64,000 nt of DNA from Chrysomallon squamiferum (Eukaryota > Animalia > Mollusca), in contig CM022673.1 in assembly GCA_012295275.1 (NCBI GenBank), forward strand, positions 16,740,001 through 16,804,000. Reading direction: 5' to 3'. The notes below the pieces were generated by a model, which saw only the letters and a program-made list of their open reading frames with translations, searched no databases and had not been told where the DNA came from. Below are positions 59,739 through 64,000 of the stretch, piece after piece (the first letter of the stretch is position 1; every line of letters begins with the position of its first letter). Made by a program: the position numbers and the translations under genes.

Positions 59739-60624
59739 TATTTTATTTGTACATAGCATTGATGTATTTATTTACAATTTTACAACATTCAAGGCAAAAC
59801 ATATTTGCAATCACCATCTGTATTAAAGTAATATTCATTTATTTACCATTATCTATAGTAATTTCATTGTGAAAGTCCATCATCAACTGATTACACCCCC
59901 AAGACGGTTTAAGTGCTGTTAATAAACTCATTAGTCGCCATATTTTACTTTGATTTGCCTGTTTTTTCTGTACAAAACCAATCGATAAATACGGCTTATG
60001 ATTAGGAAAGGTTACTAAGCAAATGAATTGTATCTAATCGTAAAGCGTGTATTTATATCACACTGAAAATGATGCGTATTTTTAGTACTCTGACACAGTG
60101 TTTCTCACGACAGTAGTTGTTGGGGTTTCAAGTCTGTTGTAGTCTAATTGTAGTCACGACGGAAATGTTAATCTTTCTTATTTATTTTATAGTAGATATT
60201 GTGTTTTACGACAATAGGATGGATTATTATTATTATTATTATTACATATGTTTGTATATAAATGGACATAAATACGTACATAAATACAATTATTATTATT
60301 ATACATATGTTTGTATATAAATGTAGATAAAGGCATTTAAATACAAATGGGCAATTCATGTCGGTGTGTGATATATACGGATAAATGCATTTTGTAGAAA
60401 GGGCAATTCATTTCAAGTTGATATATCAACGGATAGATTATTGTGTAGAAATTCACATATACATTACCTTTCAACGTAAATATTTTATTTGTACATATGC
60501 ATGGATGTATTTATTTAAATTCCAGAACATTCAAGGGAAAACATATTTTCAATCACCATCTATATTTAAGTAATATTCATTTATTACCATTATCTATAGT
60601 AATTTCATTGTGAAAGTCCATCAT
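59739..60624. repeat. Direct duplication of about 145 bp (59739-59883 and 60481-60624)
   Basis: tattttatttgtacata...accattatctatagtaatttcattgtgaaagtccatcat is present in both copies. Confidence 0.9.
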
Positions 60625-60876
60625 TAATAAATAAATTATATCATAAATATTCTATTAATAAAATATAAATATACACCATACAGCTATCTCTTTACTTTTC
60701 AATGTATATCTACGTGTAGCTGGCTACACATAAACGTATACACACAAATACACATACAAATACCTACCTGAACACACAGCCACACACACAGACACACATA
60801 CAAACATAAATACGTACATATACAGATAAATACATACATATAGGTACATTCGTACATGCATGCATACATACCAACA

Positions 60877-60917
<41 letters not shown>

Positions 60918-61321
60918 ACACACACACACATACACTTGGGTGCCATGCATTTCAGTCTGGTCAGCGGCATCTGACGGGGTGTGTGAGGTGTTTGTCGTGA
61001 TTGTGCCAGTATCTTCCCGAATATTGTCTATGTGCAGAGCCTAATCAGACTAAATAAAACAGAGAATATTAAAATCCTTATATACATACTTCCAGTGCCA
61101 GGCTTCCCACAATATATATATATATTTATTTATTTATTGCCAACACACACGTTATGTTATAATTTTTACAATATTTCGTCTTCATCTGCACTCATGGTCA
61201 GTAATGCCCGATGTCTGAATGGACATTTTGAATTCAGTATCATTTTAATGTTACTAGAAAGACAGGTTAACTATTTGTATATAATACATACATTTATCTG
61301 TGGTCTGGAAACATAATATTA

Positions 61322-61374
<53 letters not shown>

Positions 61375-62480
61375 GCGGGTAATACACCTATTTATATATT
61401 TTTTGAAACATAAAGTAATTTCGTTTATACAACATACACACACTACAATGCAATCCATTCATCCACCCATCCATCCATTCATCCATCGTTTATACACACC
61501 CACATACACACACATCCACACACACTCATACATACATACATTCATACATACATACATACATACATACATACATACATACATACATACATTTTTCGTGTTT
61601 ATATATCGGGATGTCATAAAACAAACCTTTACCTGTTAATGTGACTTGGTGACTGCAATGATTTGCAGTTTTAAGTCAAAATCTATGATTCGTATATAAC
61701 TCTCAATTAGTTTCATTTCCTTTTGCTTTCAGCTGGGTTAATTTCCATAGGAAAAAAGAAGCCAAATCGATATGGTTTCGGGTTGATTACGGTCATTACT
61801 GATATGTACAGCGTACAATGATAATTAAACTGAGAACTGACCTACGTTTAGATCTGATCAGTTTATGCCTTGTCACTTTTATAGAAAACATAAAAATACA
61901 CGCACACCCACACCCGCATATACATATCTTGCTGATTATAATTTTTTTTTTAAATATTATGATAATAAAATACAATATTATAGCTGTTAGTATATATGGA
62001 ACACATATTAAAATATCTGTCATTTTACTTTTACATCAATAACAGAGGTAATTAAATTTAGAACTGAAATTTGTCACCATTAACACGGTGACAACCACCA
62101 AAATCAATCAGTACAATACTGCTTTCATACAGATTGCTGCCATTTTTTTTTTTTTTTTTTTTTTGTCGCGCTATTTTATCGACCTTGGATTATTGTAAAT
62201 CCGATAACCGAAAAATGCTTTTTAGCTGCAGTAAAATACGATTTCCACAAAATAGATTGCATCGATGAAGGACACCAAAACACAATATAAATATCTTCAA
62301 AAATACATAAAATACGTAACTATAGAAAAAATATATAATACTACAACCACTGTAACATTAAACCATTTTATCATTATAGAAAAATATATAGCCTAAACAC
62401 AATATAATTATACTATAAATGTAGACAGTGTAAGGATAAAATATATATAAAAGAAAATATACACACATGTGTGTTTGTGT

Positions 62481-62535
<55 letters not shown>

Positions 62536-63002
62536 TAGCTGTTTTATATAAATAACATGAAACCGAGGTAAAGAAAGCACTACTCACTTGCAAATCACAG
62601 TTCACATTAAGAGTTTAAAATGTTTTCTTGTCATATTGTATATTAGTTTTTCATGACAAATTTAAAACGAACTAATTTTATATATACATTACTTTTCTCT
62701 CCTTCTTTCTTTTTTTAACAAAAAATATATTAGCACGTGTCTTTTTTTTTTCTTTTTTAAATCATCTTATTTGAAAAAGTACGAAGGAAAGAAAAAATTA
62801 GTTCATTTTAAATTTGGCTTAAGAATATATATAGGTATTTGATAATGAAATATAATCAGGTATTAGATTTTGATTATGGATGATTATTAATTAATTAATT
62901 AATTCATTCATTCATTCATTCATGTTAAAATATAATTAGAGTACATAATAATAGTATGTATAAATATATATATTTAAAACCATGACATCTTGCACTCCAC
63001 TA

Positions 63003-63037
<35 letters not shown>

Positions 63038-63162
63038 AAAAGAAGAAGAAAAAAAATCAAGAAAAAAATAATAACAATTTTTTTTAACGATACCTGAACT
63101 CTGTACAAATGGCCAAATATATAAATATATGTTGTTTGTATTATTGTTATTATTATTATTAT

Positions 63163-63199
<37 letters not shown>

Positions 63200-63465
63200 T
63201 TTAATAGCATTTTGTTTTTTATATTATTTTTAATTTTTTATATTTTAAAATTTGTTTGTAGATGAAATCAATATATTATTTTATAAGAATATATGTAGGA
63301 TTTTGTTGTTATTATAGCCTTTATGAAAGTATTATTGAAAGTTTGTAGTTGTTGTTTTAATGTTTTTGATGTTGTTTAATTGATTATTTTGGTTTATTTT
63401 TATTATAATTTATTTTATATTTGCAGGTGTGACATTATGGAACGTTTCTGTATGACGTCACAATA

Positions 63466-64000
63466 ATGCCTGACACCACCAAGTTTGCCTTAAATATTAC
63501 ATCACAAGAGTTTTACGCAGCCGACTATGACGAAATTAGACCCAGATCACAAATAACAGTGGAAGTCTTCACGCTCGCTATTCTCTGGACTCTGTCCGTT
63601 CTAGGCAATATCCTCGTGTGTCTCGTCATCTACAGAAGTCGAAGAATTCAATCAACGACTAACTACTTCGTGGTTTCGTTAGCCTGCGCAGATCTGACAA
63701 TGGTTTTGATTTGTTTTCCATTTATAGCATCACGTGTTATAGCCAATCAGTGGCTTGTGGGCGGGGCTATGTGCAAGGTGGTACGATTTGTCGAATATGT
63801 TGTTCCTTGCGCTAATATGTATGTTTTCGTATCTATATGTATAGACAGATTTTACACGATAATATATCCTCTCAGTTTTAAAGTAACTCGGGGTACCGCC
63901 AAACGAATGATTCTCTGTTCTTGGTTGTGTGCCGTTGCCGTGTGCAGTTTCACTTTTTACTTTTTCGATCTTACCATCAATACTTTATCTAACAGAACGT
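63466..64000 (+). CDS. GPR19: Rhodopsin-family orphan GPCR GPR19 (N-terminus to TM4; continues past window end)
   Basis: MPDTTKF...LWTLSVLGNILVCLVIYRSRRIQSTTNYFVVSLACADL...CKVVRF...SICIDRFYTIIYPLSFKVTRGTAKRMI closely matches the recalled GPR19 motifs (HRSRRTQSTTNYFVVS, CIDRFYTIVYPLSFKV). Acceptor ttgcag| at 63426; an in-frame TGA upstream fixes the start at 63466. Absent from the ORF track because it has no stop in the window. Confidence 0.93.
   Translation, partial: MPDTTKFALNITSQEFYAADYDEIRPRSQITVEVFTLAILWTLSVLGNILVCLVIYRSRRIQSTTNYFVVSLACADLTMVLICFPFIASRVIANQWLVGGAMCKVVRFVEYVVPCANMYVFVSICIDRFYTIIYPLSFKVTRGTAKRMILCSWLCAVAVCSFTFYFFDLTINTLSNRT

Noticed and set aside
57925-61225. Selenoprotein model: C-R-TGA in a possible exon near 61170-61225 plus an ATGA..AAA hairpin near 57975
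   Set aside because: The strong acceptor at 61049 gives an in-frame TAG, and the hairpin lacks the 3' GA of the SECIS quartet.

Overview
AT-rich, microsatellite-rich, intron-containing eukaryotic DNA, probably a mollusc or gastropod (inferred from SINE and repeat style). Four protein-coding genes were reconstructed by hand with GT-AG junctions. (1) A class II PI3-kinase (PIK3C2A-like, - strand, 28 coding exons from 15983 running off the left edge) whose DFG motif reads DFS. (2) A 221-aa four-Cys CD9/CD81-type tetraspanin (- strand, 8 exons, 50797-21315) with a 26-kb first intron. (3) A two-exon C2orf69/UPF0565 homolog (+, 53397-54834). (4) A GPR19 orphan GPCR (+, from 63466, running off the right edge). 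Mobile DNA includes an internally deleted Sola2-like transposon with a 4-bp TSD, an orphan copy of its right arm, a Tigger4/MER46-like MITE and decayed SINEs. Best leads: a candidate spliced 37-44 aa transmembrane micropeptide gene upstream of and divergent from GPR19; a TAATG stop-start uORF on GPR19; a terminal exon that adds a PDZ-type Val to the tetraspanin; several RFX X-box-like motifs across a locus with two cilia-linked genes; tandem decoy splice acceptors; and transposon-borne DR5/DR2 nuclear-receptor sites. No database searches were run, so family names come from recalled motifs.
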